Shown here: positions 58,201 to 59,294 of the stretch, piece by piece
Layout of the letters: the number at the start of each line of letters is the position of its first letter
How positions within the stretch are numbered: position 1 is the stretch's first letter
Origin: an uncultured Candidatus Bathyarchaeia archaeon
GTDB taxonomy: Archaea; Thermoproteota; Bathyarchaeia; Bathyarchaeales; DTEX01
Assembly (NCBI GenBank): GCA_964465575.1
Contig: CAYXIF010000003.1
Coordinates: 52,296-111,589 of the forward strand
Direction: 5' to 3'
DNA length: 59,294 bases
Program-made: the position numbers and the translations under genes
Notes under the pieces: generated by a model
Databases searched by the model: none
The model's input: the letters and a program-made list of their open reading frames with translations, nothing else
What the model was told of the DNA's origin: nothing

Positions 58201-58466
58201 AGAACTCGAATAGGTTGGATATCATCCATCACTTGTTCTCAGAAAAAGTTGGGAAAGCAAGCCTTCTGACGGTGAGAGTGATCAAAAGGCTGAGGATATA
58301 AAGCATGAAGGCCCACCGGACGCCCGAAAATTGGCCTAGGAGACCAAGCATTATGACCGTTCGTACGGCGCAACGCACTAGTGTTGTCACACCCATCGGT
58401 TCTGCAGCTTTTGAGGTGTGCTCTAGGACCTTCTGGGAGTCTAAGGCTTCAACGTGTCACAATTGG

Positions 58467-58830
58467 CTAGATGGGCAGGGTCCACATCGAGTTTATGATA
58501 AGTGATATGGATACGCTTACTGTTATGGCGATGCTTTCGCCCATTGCAAGTCCTCCCGCCGCGAGCCGGGAGTAGGAACCCCACCTTTCCTTGCCTATTC
58601 TCCTCTCTACAGCCTTTGTTGTTATTCCACCTATGAGGAAAGCTAGAGAGTACGGCGGCAAAACCCCAATTCCCGCGGCGATTCCGACATAGGATAGCGG
58701 AAGGCTTGGAACGTGTATTGCTAGGTATAAACCTGTTCCGATAATCAGGGAGTAGAGTATCCAAAGCGGATCAAAGAGCCCTGTCCCAGCCTATCCTGGT
58801 AGGCGACTGGAAATTGCCCAAATGGCTCAA
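58467..58830 (-). pseudogene. C-terminal fragment of an OPT-like transporter, paralog of 31447-33345
   Basis: TGLFDPLWILYSL...GVLPPYSLAFLIGG...WGSYSRLAAGGLAMGESI...SMWTLPI aligns by eye with TGYLFRPTWMY...LMPPW...GDGLV...STWLMPY; in-frame TAG at 58791-58793. Confidence 0.75.
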
Positions 58831-59143
58831 GTAGCATGCTATGGAATTCTCTGAACATTCGATTTTCTATTAGCATACGCAATGTAAGGTAGACTGGCCT
58901 CGCCCAAGGCGCCTAGGGGAAGTAAGGTGCTTCCAGCTCTTTGATCATCATCTTGACTTGAGGCCTTTGTCCTTGCGATCAGAGTCCTTCCAGCAAAGCC
59001 TCAGATGATCATTCTCTTCAGGTAACATGTTATGTATGGTGCCTATCGATACTGGCGCATCATTGAACTCGTGAACCGAACCTGCCTCGTGGCGGAAACT
59101 ATTAATATGTAGTGAGGTCAGTCAATGCGTGGTGAGGATGTAG

Positions 59144-59294
59144 ATGCGGAAGCGATTGGTCATTCTTGCATTGGTCGTCTTGATAGTGCTAGTTTCAAGT
59201 GCAGCTTACATGTTTCTAAGTGGAGGAGAAAATATTCTTATTGCAACAGATAGTGTAATATACACCTATGACGAATACAACCCAAGTTGGGAAA
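59144..59294 (+). CDS. Membrane-anchored/secreted protein, truncated by window end
   Basis: GGTGAGG SD at 59131-59137; MRKRLVILALVVLIVLVSSAAYMFLSGG..., open to the end. Confidence 0.65.
   Translation, partial: MRKRLVILALVVLIVLVSSAAYMFLSGGENILIATDSVIYTYDEYNPSWE

Noticed and set aside
58791-58793. In-frame TAG as a pyrrolysine codon
   Set aside because: It lies in a start-less fragment with another stop just upstream; a nonsense mutation is simpler and no pyl genes are visible.

Overview
Archaeal chromosomal window. It most resembles Bathyarchaeia (inference from the archaeal-type CODH/ACS operon, expanded zinc-ribbon membrane proteins, GH4, standalone XPF and a D-loop tRNA intron). Left to right: an amine-dehydrogenase-like gene cut by the edge; purS-purL-purQ among Gfo/Idh/MocA, TIM-barrel and enolase-family sugar genes; tRNA-His with a non-canonical intron; a divergent ATP-dependent ligase-like protein; tRNA-Ala followed by a decayed accessory patch (VapBC, RHS remnant, palindromes, a 10-bp-period repeat); a GH3 synthetase among four zinc-ribbon membrane proteins; XPF and rtcB; a ~15-kb envelope/transport locus; and the cdhABCDE-cooC-ferredoxin-cooC-DUF166 operon with cooT upstream and a convergent ACD/Pat-GNAT fusion. 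The transport locus is the best candidate for an undescribed system: two giant MacB/FtsX-like proteins (one fused to an M28 domain with degenerate metal ligands), two OPT-like transporters, an anchored surface protein and a GH4 glycosidase, with no ABC ATPase in the window. No rRNA, CRISPR array, integrase or transposase was recognised. All family calls come from motif recognition by eye, not database searches.
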